In this document: positions 51,101-62,635 of the stretch, in pieces
How positions within the stretch are numbered: position 1 is the first letter of the stretch
How the letters are laid out: each line of letters begins with the position of its first letter
From: Guillardia theta CCMP2712
Taxonomy: Eukaryota; Protista; Cryptophyta
Assembly: GCF_000315625.1 (NCBI RefSeq)
Contig: NW_005434612.1
Location: forward strand, 417,325 to 481,324
Direction of reading: 5' to 3'
DNA: 64,000 nt
The notes under the pieces: model-generated
Databases searched by the model: none
What the model was told of the DNA's origin: nothing
What the model saw: only the letters and a program-made list of their open reading frames with translations
Position numbers and translations under genes: made by a program

Positions 51101-52973
51101 GTCAGAGGCGGGCTCGATGCAGTTGCCCTTCCGTCCGAGGTACATGTCAAGAGACATGACGAGGTTCTCTCGCAGCGGGTCGATGGGAGGGTTCGTCACT
51201 TGCGCGAACCTCTGCTTGAAGTAGTTGTACAGCGTGTGCGGCTTCTCCGAAAGGACAGCAAGAGGAGCATCATCACCCATGCAGAAGGTGGTCTCCTTGC
51301 CAGTGGAGGCCATGTCGGCGATCTGCATCTCCATGTCCTCCGATGCCCAGCCGAAGACGACCTGCTGTCGGATGAGGTCGATCTCGTTCTTGAAGAGCCT
51401 GTCTGCCTTCATCGGCTGCTTCTCAACCTTGGTCTGCTTCTCCTTGAGCCACTTGCCGTAAGGCGCCTGCTTAGCAATCTTGGACTTGATTTCGTAGTTC
51501 TCGAAGAACTCGCCGCTCTCAAGATCGAAGGCGATCATTTGTCCGGGGCCCAGGCGTCCCTTCTTGTCAATCTTGCTCTCGTCGATGCCGGGAACGACTC
51601 CAGTCTCCGACATCATGCACACGAGCCCATCGGTTGTGGTGAGGAAACGGGCAGGACGGAGTCCATTGCGATCCAAGCAAGCGCCAAGCTTCTTGCCATC
51701 GGAGAAGACAAGAAGTGCGGGTCCGTCCCAGGCTTCTTGCAGGCCACTGTAGTAGTCGTAGAAGTCTGTGATCTCAGGCATCTTGTCGAGCGCCGGCTGG
51801 TTCTTGTAGGCCTCAGGCACCATGATCATCAGCGCCTCCATCGGCGTCTTGCCTGCGCGGATGGCGAGAGTGACAGCCTCGTCCAAGTTGGCCGAGTCAG
51901 AGTTCTTAGCGGTGGAAAGAGGGTCGAGCTTAGAGATGTCCGAGCCTTTCTCGAACGCGACTCCCTGGTCCATCACGGCCTCACGTGCACGCATCCAGTT
52001 GATGTTGCCGAGGAGAGTGTTGATCTCCCCGTTGTGCCCGAGAGACCGGAAGGGCTGAGCCAGAGGCCATCGAGGCATCGTGTTGGTGCTGAAGCGACGA
52101 TGGTAGATGGCAAACTGACTCTTGTAGCGAGGATCCGTCAGATCTGAGTAGAACTGGTCGAGGACGACAGATCGAACCATGCCCTTGTAGACCTGCACAG
52201 CTACATCAGATGGGTAAGTTGCCTCGTCAGATCCTCTCACAATAGTCCTGGATGAGAAGGAGCAGGCGTAGATCATGTCATCGAACCAGTCGAGTCCTTT
52301 CTCCTTGACCTGCAGCGCTGACAGTCATATCGCACATTCTCGTCATGTATCACCCACCGCCGTCTGGATGCTTCGCATCACGAGGTAGAGCGCTTGCTCG
52401 AGAACGTCTCCTGTAAGACCCTCGGATGACTTCAAGATGATTTGCTCGATCTGAGATGACGTCACTCCCTCTTTCTTGCAGCACTGCAAACCCTCACATG
52501 AGGTCTGTTTGCAGAGGCCTGTGAGCCCAGCACTTCCGGCTTGACTGGCACAGTTCTCCACCCCAACACTTGGAATTTGCCGTTCTTGGTGGCTACAGCT
52601 TCAACGGCCTTCTTTGCGGTCTCGCGCTTGCTCGGGTCCTGCAAGTCAAGCTCGTCATGGAATGCTGTAGGGCAAACAAGAGGGGCAGCTCACCTGGGGC
52701 AGGAACATCATACCGACCCCCGACTTCTTCGTGTCGTCTCCCTTGACCCAGTCTTCAAACAGCTCCCAGGGAATGGCGGTCATCATGCCGGCACCGTCAC
52801 CACTACAAGCGACTGATCACTGAGCAGCTACGAGACAAGCAAGCAGCGGTAAACCTGTCATAGTCTGCTCCGCATGCACCTCTATGCTCCATGCATCCCA
52901 AGGCCACACTTGCCTGGCCAGGTTCTTAGAAGAAGGGAGATAGAGATAGAGATAGAGAGAGAGCGAGAGCGAG

Positions 52974-53066
<93 letters not shown>

Positions 53067-53407
53067 CAAGATAAGAGAGGAGGGAGAACGAGAAGTAAAT
53101 CGGGAGGAGCTAAGAAAACCTTGCGAACGACGTCATGGGAAGGCTCATTCTTTCGGGTAGCTACAAATCCTACACCACACGCATCTCGTTCCTCGAGGTA
53201 CTGGAATGGCGCATACTGAACTGAGTTCCCGCTGCAGAAAATATTGCTGGTGATATGGCGATTGACGGTCTGTGGGCTACGAAGCTTTGGAGCCAAAGAC
53301 CCTACGCGACCCTTTGCTGCCCTGGAGCTGGTGAGCTTTGGATGAAATGCTGGCGTGAAGGCCGAGCACAGTGCTGGAAGCACGAGGAGGAGAACCGACC
53401 TCCGCAT
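48146..53407 (-). CDS. gltB: ferredoxin-dependent glutamate synthase (Fd-GOGAT), plastid-targeted; introns clustered at the 5' end
   Basis: ERDA|[78 protein letters not shown] domain. Leader [16 protein letters not shown]|F. Confidence 0.97.
52936..53064. repeat. (GA)n intronic microsatellite
   Basis: Direct reading. Confidence 0.95.
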
Positions 53408-55168
53408 CTCTTGTACCCGTGGATACCAAGGACTCCCACAGCAGGCGAAGAGGAAGCAGGTAGTCTAGGTGAGGGCGAGAGGCTGGGGAGCCAAGGCAAG
53501 CCGGAGGAGCAGCGACAGGGGGAGGGGGGGAGAGGCCGCGTGCGGGCGAGGAGGCCAAGGAAGTGCTATTAAAAGAATTATGTTCTATTTATAAGTATAT
53601 AGAGGTCTATTAACATATAAATGGTACAAATATCTCGATAATAACCAGCTTCAGTGCTATTACAGAGACTATTCACTATTAGTTGGAGGAGGTCTTTTGG
53701 GGGTTGGGTACATAGGAAGGGTGGGGTAGCTCAGTGTAAAGATGAGAGTGTGAGGGGTGGGTAATCTTAACATGACCGAGGGTGGGTAGTAATACCACGG
53801 GTACTTATAAAAGAATATATGAGACTCATGAGGGGGTTGTCTTCGATCACCAGGATTTTCAGTTTGTGGGGGTAGGGTAGTACTTGAGATTGGGTAGGGT
53901 GTCAAAAATAGGATGTGAGGGAGATCGGAAGGAAGGGGGTGGAGAGGGGGAGAGAGGGGTGGGGTAGTTGATGCACTGATACCTAAGAGGGTGGGTGATA
54001 CTTAGGGGTGGGGTCCCCAAATAGCAAATGAAGGGGTGGAAGAGTACCCGTTGCTCCCTAATTGCTTGGGGTTGTTTTTTTTTTTAAGGGGATTGAAGTA
54101 TGAAAAAAAACTAGAGAGCAAATCGGACAATTCTGTAGGGCCGAATAACGTCTCCCTTAGCTGTAGATCATTTTAACGTCACATTAAGGAACAATAGTAC
54201 CAGTTTTTGATATTGACTAAAGCTAATGTTCCTTGATTTACTTCTCGTCCCTTATTTCTTTTTTTCTTCTTGTTTTTTTTTCTTGTTGCTCTGCACGTGT
54301 AAAAACACACTCCATCATGCTACCCCCCCCCTCATCTCGGAGTTCACTCACAAGTACCACTGCCCCTGCTTCCCTGACCCTACCTCCATGAGTACCATCG
54401 GTATCTTCAACTGAGTACCGGTGATCAAAGAGACCCTACCCCACAAACAAGAACACCCTACCCAAACAATATATTAGGGAACCAGATCGTACCTATGAAG
54501 GCGTCAGAAATCTATTTCAAACGTAGCATTTATTTTTCAATTATGTCGTGAATATTTGAAATTTGAGGGGAGAGTATGCTCCCAATATTGGGGAGAGTAT
54601 GCTCGCTTTGTGTGCCTGAGATTTCCGTTTGATGCGAGTGTAACGATCATACGGACCCGCCTCAGTCACCTGGTTTTGGATAGTGTTTACAGCAGTACAA
54701 GTCATTTCACTTTCGGAGTAAAGTCACTCAGTGACCGACTCCTCCCGTATGGACGGTGAGACGCCGGTATGCAGTGCCGGGCCCGCCGTACCCGTCGGAT
54801 GCCAGGGCCCGCCCCGCCTCAGTACCGTACTGGGGCCTCGGAGGGCGGCCGGCCACCCCCGCACTGAGGTACGTAGGCCGTGACACGCGGCCGGCCGGGC
54901 GGCCTACGCCCTTGTGACCGGCACAGCGGCTGACTCAGCGGCTCGGCCAGGCCGCCGGGTCCGTAACTTCACGGCGATCCGCCACACGGCGACACTGAAG
55001 GTTGAAAGTCTCAGAGTCTAGCGAACATGATTCATTCTCAGAGTATCGATGATGCCTCTGTTGTACCAGTCCGAAATTGACTGATCGAGATCCTAACTTT
55101 ACACATGATGCTCCTACTTGTTGCCTATTTTCAGTTTTGTGCGTAGCCTATCAGCGTTACGGTACACG

Positions 55169-57108
55169 CTATTGTTGTGCACATTGTACTCTCTGCCCTC
55201 CTCGCATTTCCTCGTCTCCATCTTCATCAGTCGCTGCTCTCGCGTGTCCTCCCTGCAGACTCAACTCACTCGTGCGAAGATTTGAGAGACTGACGTGACT
55301 GACCGCATCTCCGCCCATCGACGCCTCGTCAGCATCTTGCATCGTGACCTGCAGGAACAGCAGTGAAGTCAGTGGTTGACTACCGGCTTCACCGTTTGTC
55401 ATGGACCTCTTCGGCATCTCCAAGGGACATTGGAGTTGGAGCAGACGGTAGGACCTGCGTGACAGCTGTGAGGCCAGAAAGGCGATGGCGAACTGAGACA
55501 CCTTCTCAAGAACAGCCTTCTGCGAAGGAGAGATGGAATTGTTGGAAGGGAAGACTATTTCGAAGCGGATGTAGAGTTTCCCCTGCAGCCCAAGTGAATC
55601 TTCTGTTAGCTCAAGAGCGACCCACTGTCAACATACCTTGACAAATGGGTTCTTATGCATCGGCATCCCTTCATCGTCGATACACTTGATTTGTCCTGGC
55701 AGTTCATGATCACTCCTATGGTTCTTCTTGTGTCAAGTTAGACCTGGCTTGACAATTTCTCCGGGAGCAGTCTTGCAGACAAGTTTTCTGCCATCAAGAT
55801 GATTGATGACAATCTGAGCGCCTGAGTGGAGATTCAGGGGATGCACTCAGTCATATCAAACCAGGCACCAGTGAGAGCCTCGATCAGCGTGATCTTCTGG
55901 CTGGTGATCAGCAGGTCATCATTCTTGCGCAGAAACCTGGAAAGCAGGATGGGAAGTCGGATGAGGACAAGTTGGTCGTGAGACAGCAGAGCTCACGTGG
56001 AGTGCTTCTCCTGTGCCAGCACGAAAACAACATCCCCTGGAATTGTTCCTGGCAACTACCATGTGTAATCAGCCGTCTCTGAAACAATCCCAACACCAAG
56101 TCAACCTGATCTGCTTCTCCACGCAACACGATCTTTTGTCCATGCTTCATACCCTTCTCGATGCAGCATTCCAGTACCTGCAACAACTTCAACACTCTGC
56201 CAGGGTATTGCACTACAAAGAAACTCACTTGTCGTTCAGTTTTCAATTTCACGTCGTATCCTTGTCCACCACAATCTTGGCAAGCAACCTCGTCCAAATA
56301 TCATCTCCTCACACAGCTGGAAATCGCACATACCTGCATCTGCTGGATCATACCGGGGCCTATCTGTCTGGTGAGCATCTTGACGCCATGACCGTCACAG
56401 GCTGAACAAACTTTTGGCTCAGCATCGGGATCAACGGGAACCTGCATGGCACAATGAGAATAGGAACTAAGGCGGCCGGGGTTACTTTGCGAGTGATGGC
56501 AAGTTTTCTCGTCTTCCCGTTGTACAGGTCTTCCAGCGTCACATTGATCTGATGGACCACATCCTCTCCCTGCCAGCCGCATGAGCACCGCACAACACTC
56601 AATGCTCCTCCTCACCTTCTTCGGCCCCTGATTCCGTCTTCGGCCTAGTAGATATCCACCACTCAACAAAAAGCAATTTTCCTCAAGAAAGGCTCACCAC
56701 CACCACCAAAGAACATACTGAAGATGTCTTCTGCACTGTGCGTAGGGGCTCCTCCGTTCTGTGCTGACTGTCAAGTCTTTCCTCGACCAGCTCCCTCACA
56801 CCTCTAGACCCTCTTCGCCATATTGATCGTAGATCTTCCTCTTTTGCGCGTCTGAGAGGACCTCATACGCTTTCGTGATCTCTTTGAAGACTGCCATACG
56901 AGTCAGCGACCTCAGTCCAAACGCCGCAGAGCTCACCCGCTTCATCTCCTCCCTTGTCAGGATGATGCTTGACTGCGAGCTTCCTGTACGCCTTCTTGAT
57001 GTCGTTCTCCGACGCACTTTGAGGAATCTACCAACTGTCAAGACATATTGCGAAACAGAGTTCACGTACCTCAAGCCAATCGTAAAGAGTTTTCTTTCCA
57101 GCTACCAT
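55169..57108 (-). CDS. DNAJA: DNAJA/Ydj1-type Hsp40 with CAAX (CAQQ), many short introns
   Basis: [86 protein letters not shown]. Confidence 0.95.
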
Positions 57109-57700
57109 GGAATCTGCTACAGCCTTGTCTTTGTAAGTCTCAGTCGCATGTCATGACTTGAAAACACAGCGAGCATTTAGACATCAAAAGACAAGCTTCA
57201 ATGCTGTTCTCGTAGATATGTTTGGATTTTCCTCCTCGCACCAAACTTCGCCAATCTATATCCTAAACAAGACCGCTTGATGTAAGGAGGAAAAACCGAC
57301 TTTCCTTGTAACCTGATCTATCCATTTCATCATTTCCTTATTCAGATGCTTGAACAGTCTAGGATATGCTATCATCGTTTGATGCTTTGGTTCGTTGCCT
57401 TGCTTCTACACTGCTTGATACAGTTCTATGCCACCTTCGACTTTCTTTGTTCGTATTGTTTGTTCTGTATGGATATCTTGTATTCTCTTGCTCCAGTCTC
57501 TGTCGTGAAGGACAACATTGGTCACCAACCTGAAGGACTGCCCTATCTTCAGGGACTACCCTACCTCTCCACCCCTTGAGGTTCCCGCCAGTACCCACCC
57601 TACTATCACCCTGGTTTCCTACCATTCTACCCCCCAAATTCCTGCTCACTGTGATCAAGAAGTGTTTTGTACAAGCCATACAAGAAGAGACTCAAAGAAG

Positions 57701-57986
57701 GATGCAGCATACTTATTACGGTTGTGCCGGTGGATGCATAATAAGAGGTGAGTTTCTAAGGACAGTATCGAAGCTAGACAAGTGGCAACGCATGATAGAT
57801 AGACTGCATGATGCAAACGTAGAGATTGCTTCTGATGAGCTCATCTCCGCCATCACATACATGCATGGCGGAAGTCTTGGTCAATACGACGGATACTGTG
57901 ATACGGGATGGTGGGAATATATGTGGAGGAAATGGACGCACTCTATTGCAGTATTGCATGGGGATAAAAGTAGTTACAAACTTTAA
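57701..57986 (+). CDS. intronless orphan ORF (~94 aa)
   Basis: ATG-started ORF with ordinary amino-acid composition in the AT-richer island. No recognisable domain. Confidence 0.35.
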
Positions 57987-58226
57987 TCGATGATGCATTT
58001 TCATGGGAAAATGATCGAACTGAAAGTGACTCCCCCTCCTTTACGGTTTGCTCCGGACTGCCTTTTCTTTTCAGTCAATAAAGACAATGTATTATTGTTT
58101 TGTGAGAGTGTGGATTTTATTTGTTTTTGCAGTTCTTGAGCCTTTTTTTTAAAAAGTTTGCTACGGTTTGGTTTTTTCCAATAAATAAAAAAGCGCAGTA
58201 TCGCACTGCAGCACTGGGAAGGGTCT

Positions 58227-59207
58227 ATGGGAGGCATGTTGGCGGCTGAGGATCTCTTGTGCTTGTCCGATGAGTTTCCAGCCGACATTGAGGAGTTTGC
58301 CTCTGTGGATGCGATACAACGGAAGAGGAGGAAGATCAGCACTGACAGGAATACAGCATCAAAGTGGGAGCAGAGGTGTGGGGGATCGGAGTGCTTGTCC
58401 GATGAGTTTCCAGCCGACATTGAGGAGTTTGCCTCTGTGGATGAGATACAATGGAAGAGGAGGAAGATCAGCGTACACTATACAGCATCAAAGTGTGAGC
58501 ACGGGCGGCAGCGGTCGAGATGCAAGGAGTGCGGGGGGAAAAGCATATGCGAGCACAGGCGGCAGCGATCGAAATGCAAGGAGTGCGGAGGGGGGAGCAT
58601 ATGCGAGCATGGGCGGCAGCGATCGAAATGCAAGGAGTGCGGAGGGGGGTGCATATGCGAGCATGGGCGGGTCCGTTCGGTGTGCAAGGATTGCAAGGGA
58701 GGGAGCATATGCGAGCACAGGCGGGAGCGATCGAGATGCAAGGAGTGCGGGGGGAAAAGCATATGCGAGCACGGGCGGGAGCGATCGAGATGCAAGGAGT
58801 GCGGGGGGAAAAGCATATGCGAGCATGGGCGGCAGCGATCGAAATGCAAGGAGTGCGGAGGAGGGTGCATATGCGAGCACGGGCGGATCCGATCGGTGTG
58901 CAAGGATTGCAAGGGAGGGAGCATATGCGAGCACGGACGTCAGCGATGGAGTTGCAAGGAGTGCGGTGGGGGGGGCATATGCGAGCACGGGCGGGTCCGA
59001 TCGAGATGCAAGGATTGCAAGGGAGGGAGCATATGCGAGCACGGGCGGGAGCGATCGAGATGCAAGGAGTGCGGGGGAAAAAGCATATGCGAGCACGGGC
59101 GGCAGCGGTCGAGATGCAAGGAATGCGGGGGGAAAAGCATCTGCTCGCACGGGAAAATACGGTATAGATGCAAGGAGTGCAAATTGAGTCAAAGTGCATT
59201 TGAATAA
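58227..59207 (+). CDS. tandem 18-aa Cys/His zinc-repeat protein (CEHGRxRSxCKECGGxSI x13) with NLS and duplicated acidic module
   Basis: 13 repeats of C-x-H-x6-C-x2-C encoded by 54-bp units. A 132-bp N-terminal duplication carries DEFPADIEEFASVD and KRRK. Confidence 0.85.
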   Translation: MGGMLAAEDLLCLSDEFPADIEEFASVDAIQRKRRKISTDRNTASKWEQRCGGSECLSDEFPADIEEFASVDEIQWKRRKISVHYTASKCEHGRQRSRCKECGGKSICEHRRQRSKCKECGGGSICEHGRQRSKCKECGGGCICEHGRVRSVCKDCKGGSICEHRRERSRCKECGGKSICEHGRERSRCKECGGKSICEHGRQRSKCKECGGGCICEHGRIRSVCKDCKGGSICEHGRQRWSCKECGGGGICEHGRVRSRCKDCKGGSICEHGRERSRCKECGGKSICEHGRQRSRCKECGGKSICSHGKIRYRCKECKLSQSAFE

Positions 59208-59249
59208 CACTTGTTTACTCCGCAATACAACAAAGTTACAATAACAATA

Positions 59250-59609
59250 TCACAATTTACGTCGTTTGGATTGCCTTCGTACAGAATCATCTCCATTCCC
59301 AACAACTTCCTCATTCCCTGCATCAGCCGATACGTTCGACGTCGTGCGGGCGGTGGCATCGCTGCGTGCTGCATCGGTCAACTTCCTTAACTCCTCCTCA
59401 AGTTCCCGAACTCGATCTTGCTTCGTAGTCTGAGTTATAACTTGACTGTTCTTGATCGTAGTAACAACACCACTGTTGTTAGTAGTCTCAATGATCTCCT
59501 CTCTCACCCTCTTCTTCACTCCAAGCAATGAAACTCCTGAATTGTTGTAACTCTTGTACAGATCATAGGCCATACTCGCAACACCAAAGCTAAACAACAA
59601 AGTGTTCAT
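59250..59609 (-). CDS. intronless orphan ORF (~119 aa) with coiled coil and C-terminal NLS-like SKRRKL
   Basis: MNTLLFSFGVASMAYDLY..RVRELEEELRKL..RRQSKRRKL*. Confidence 0.5.
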   Translation of the reverse strand: MNTLLFSFGVASMAYDLYKSYNNSGVSLLGVKKRVREEIIETTNNSGVVTTIKNSQVITQTTKQDRVRELEEELRKLTDAARSDATARTTSNVSADAGNEEVVGNGDDSVRRQSKRRKL

Positions 59610-59815
59610 TTTCACACCTTGACACTTAGGCCCTTGCTTTAAGTAACGCAGTCCGCGGCCCCTAATGACACTTAGTACCCCCACAAAGCAGGTAAAATAA
59701 GGGGTAGTCAAAGTGGGGGAATAACCAAGAGACAAACATAGAGGGGTGGTATGATACAATAAAACAACCCGTACTGTAATCAATGACACTTCGGCTAAGA
59801 TCCTTGTACCCCCAA

Positions 59816-59952
59816 TTAAAGCCTTAATTTAAGGGGTACTCACGTATTACATTTTGTGCTGGGAAACATAACACGTAACACATATGTACCCCCTATCTGC
59901 CCTATATATTCATGTATAACCACCGGGTACACCCAGTCCACCTGTAATAGGA
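59816..59952. repeat. ~135-bp direct repeat, copy 1 (leader of the tandem array)
   Basis: Nearly identical to 61503-61638; begins TTAAAGCCTTAATTTAAGGGGTACTCACG. Confidence 0.9.
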
Positions 59953-60535
59953 CGACCACCCCATGTCAGTCAGGTTCATGTACCCCCAGTACCCCCTGCC
60001 TGCTCTATATATTCATGTATAACCACCGGGTACTCCCACCCCACCTGTAATAGGACGACCACCCTATATAACCCCAAGTACCCCCTGTCTACCCCATATC
60101 TTTATATATAACCACCGGGTACACCCAGTCCACCTGTAATAAGACGACCACCCCATATAACCCCAGTACCCCCAATCTCCCCCATATCTTTATATATAAC
60201 CACCGGGTACACCCAGCCCACCTGTAATAAGACGACCACCCCATATAACCCCAGTACCCCCAATCTCCCCCATATCTTTATATATAACCACCGGGTACAC
60301 CCACCCCACCTGTAATAGGACGACCACCCCATATAACCCCAGTACCCCCAATCTCCCNNNNNNNNNNNNNNNNNNNNNNNNNNNNNNNNNNNNNNNNNNN
60401 NNNNNNNNNNNNNNNNNNNNNNNNNNNNNNNNNNNNNNNNNNNNNNNNNNNNNNNNNATATCTTTATATATAACCACCGGGTACACCCACCCCACCTGGA
60501 ATGACCCACCACCCCATATAACCCCCACCACCCCC
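59900..60535. repeat. 88-bp tandem repeat array, interrupted by an N gap
   Basis: Unit ATATCTTTATATATAACCACCGGGTACACCC..CCACCTGTAATA.GACGACCACCCCATATAACCCCAGTACCCCCAATCTCCCCC starts at 60096, 60184 and 60272. Confidence 0.92.
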
Positions 60536-60743
60536 CTTTCCCCCCTAACTACTTAGATAAGCCCGGGGAACTCCTTCTCCACTCCTCTCTGGTTAAGGGT
60601 GGGACCCTTGAAAACCTGATAGGCCCCAATGCCCATCTTAATCTGGAACGGCGCTCCTCCATTGCTCTGTAAAGAAACCCACCGTATCTTTGGCTCTCGG
60701 GGGATATCCCCCCCCTCTCTTCCCTCCCGAATCTGATCTCATT

Positions 60744-61244
60744 ATGATATACAAACCATTTGTGGATTTCGATTATGCTCGAAGTTGCATTTTTGCACAT
60801 TGGACATGTAATTTGTTTTTCAGCCGTGGGAATGGAGTCGGTGGGCGAATATTGAGCCCCAAGTACAGCAACCGTGAGACTGTTCAATGGCGACTGTATG
60901 TAATCAGACTTTTTCACATGCTTGACCGGTTTACTATCAGGAAGCTCGTTCCATTTTTGTTGCAATCTTCTATAGATTCCGATCATGATATGCTGTGTCG
61001 CAGCTTGTTGAATTTTTTTGGTGTCAAGATTGAGTCAAATGATCACTTTGATAACTTGAAGGTTGTCGAATATGAAGCCTGGATAAGAAGGATGTTCCAA
61101 CATCAAGCATTCGACAAAGTGAAGCAGACAAAGCTTCAGTATGAATCTGAAATCGACAAGATGCAACAGAAACATGCTTTAGAACTAGAGAACAAAGACA
61201 GGCTGATTGCAGCCCTTCTCAAGAGGATTCCAAAGAAATTTTGA
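60744..61244 (+). CDS. intronless orphan ORF with C-terminal coiled coil
   Basis: MIYKPFVDFDY...KLQYESEIDKMQQKHALELENKDRLIAALL. A competing antisense ORF lies at 60549-60986. Confidence 0.5.
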   Translation: MIYKPFVDFDYARSCIFAHWTCNLFFSRGNGVGGRILSPKYSNRETVQWRLYVIRLFHMLDRFTIRKLVPFLLQSSIDSDHDMLCRSLLNFFGVKIESNDHFDNLKVVEYEAWIRRMFQHQAFDKVKQTKLQYESEIDKMQQKHALELENKDRLIAALLKRIPKKF

Positions 61245-61502
61245 GTTATTCATTAAAGATACTTTTAAAATCTCGTAGTCACTGCATTGAATCAATGAAC
61301 CGATGACACTGTTGTTCATACATCTGCTTTCCACATTTCCTCTGATTTCCAAGAAGACAACCTTTTGCAACGCCGCCAGCCGCAGAAAGCGCGAATGAGA
61401 GTCAACATGTATTACCACAAAGATGAACACCCATCTACTATCCACTAAGCTCTTCCGATGAAAACCACAGAAACAGAGTCATGAGCCTCTCGCGGGCGGG
61501 AG

Positions 61503-61638
61503 TTAAAGCCTTAATTTAAGGGGTACTCACGTATTACATTTTGTGCTGGGAAACATAACACGTAACACATATGTACCCCCTATCTGCACTATATATTCAT
61601 GTATAACCACCGGGTACTCCCACTCCACCTGTAATAGG
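61503..61638. repeat. ~135-bp direct repeat, copy 2
   Basis: Matches 59816-59952. Confidence 0.9.
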
Positions 61639-61712
61639 AGGTTCATGAATTTGAGTCAATTTCGAATTGCTTCTATATCGGGCTTGAAGCGCTTGCGAGA
61701 ATCAAAGGAAGG

Positions 61713-61949
61713 ATGCAGTCCTCCATACAGAACCTCACCCTCGGCGCGGCGTACCCAAACCCGCTCACCTATGGTGACATCGACCATTATCTCAGTGCTG
61801 TCGAGTATGACACCGAGGTCTCCCCAGAGGAGTTGCATCAGCAGATCACAAAAGCCGCGCTGAGATTCGTCCGGTCTAGGAACATCCCCGTGGACTCCAA
61901 GATCTACACGAAGGCAATCACATTCATGAATTCCAACTTCTGTCACATC
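61713..61949 (+). CDS. orphan ORF, truncated by N gap
   Basis: MQSSIQNLTLGAAYPNPLTYGDIDHYL..., just downstream of direct-repeat copy 2. Confidence 0.45.
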
Positions 61950-62284
61950 NNNNNNNNNNNNNNNNNNNNNNNNNNNNNNNNNNNNNNNNNNNNNNNNNNN
62001 NNNNNNNNNNNNNNNNNNNNNNNNNNNNNNNNNNNNNNNNNNNNNNNNNNNNNNNNNNNNNNNNNNNNNNNNNNNNNNNNNNNNNNNNNNNNNNNNNNNN
62101 NNNNNNNNNNNNNNNNNNNNNNNNNNNNNNNNNNNNNNNNNNNNNNNNNNNNNNNNNNNNNNNNNNNNNNNNNNNNNNNNNNNNNNNNNNNNNNNNNNNN
62201 NNNNNNNNNNNNNNNNNNNNNNNNNNNNNNNNNNNNNNNNNNNNNNNNNNNNNNNNNNNNNNNNNNNNNNNNNNNNNNNNNNNN

Positions 62285-62635
62285 NTCGGTCTCGATTACC
62301 TTGAGTCCATAAAAGTGGTTTTCTCTTTGAAAGCATTCAGAAATAGTGTTATACGGCACATTTCCTGGGCTGCCCTCAATGATCTGTCGGAAGATGATCC
62401 AGAAATCACCCTCGTCCTCAACCCTGAAAGCGGTGGCATCCCCGTAGTGTTCCTTCCACAACACACGCAACATCGCGTGTGAGATGCGATAATTCCTATG
62501 GAAGCTACACAAGCCTTCATACATCGGCCATTGTTCTTGCATGATGGGGTACTCAACGACTTGCCTTGAAGTTTTTTCGGGGTGGGGGGGGGGGGTATTT
62601 TTGGTACCATATACGGGTGGGGGAGGATGCTGCAT
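62285..62635 (-). CDS. orphan ORF, runs into N gap
   Basis: MQHPPPPVYGTK..WPMYEGLCSFHRNY..FWIIFRQII.., with an AT-rich upstream region. Confidence 0.45.

Noticed and set aside
48305-52147. Long plus-strand ORFs (618 aa and 349 aa)
   Set aside because: Antisense shadows of the high-GC3 Fd-GOGAT coding sequence.
38606-53407. purF and gltB as a functional cluster (both have class II glutamine amidotransferase domains)
   Set aside because: Different predicted compartments, convergent orientation, separated by a TE nest. Coincidence is sufficient.
58270-59225. Alternative-frame and antisense ORFs over the zinc repeats
   Set aside because: A by-product of the stop-free 54-bp repeat. Only the Cys/His frame has a coherent motif.
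59900-60535. 88-bp array as a CRISPR
   Set aside because: The units are contiguous with no unique spacers; this is a simple tandem repeat.
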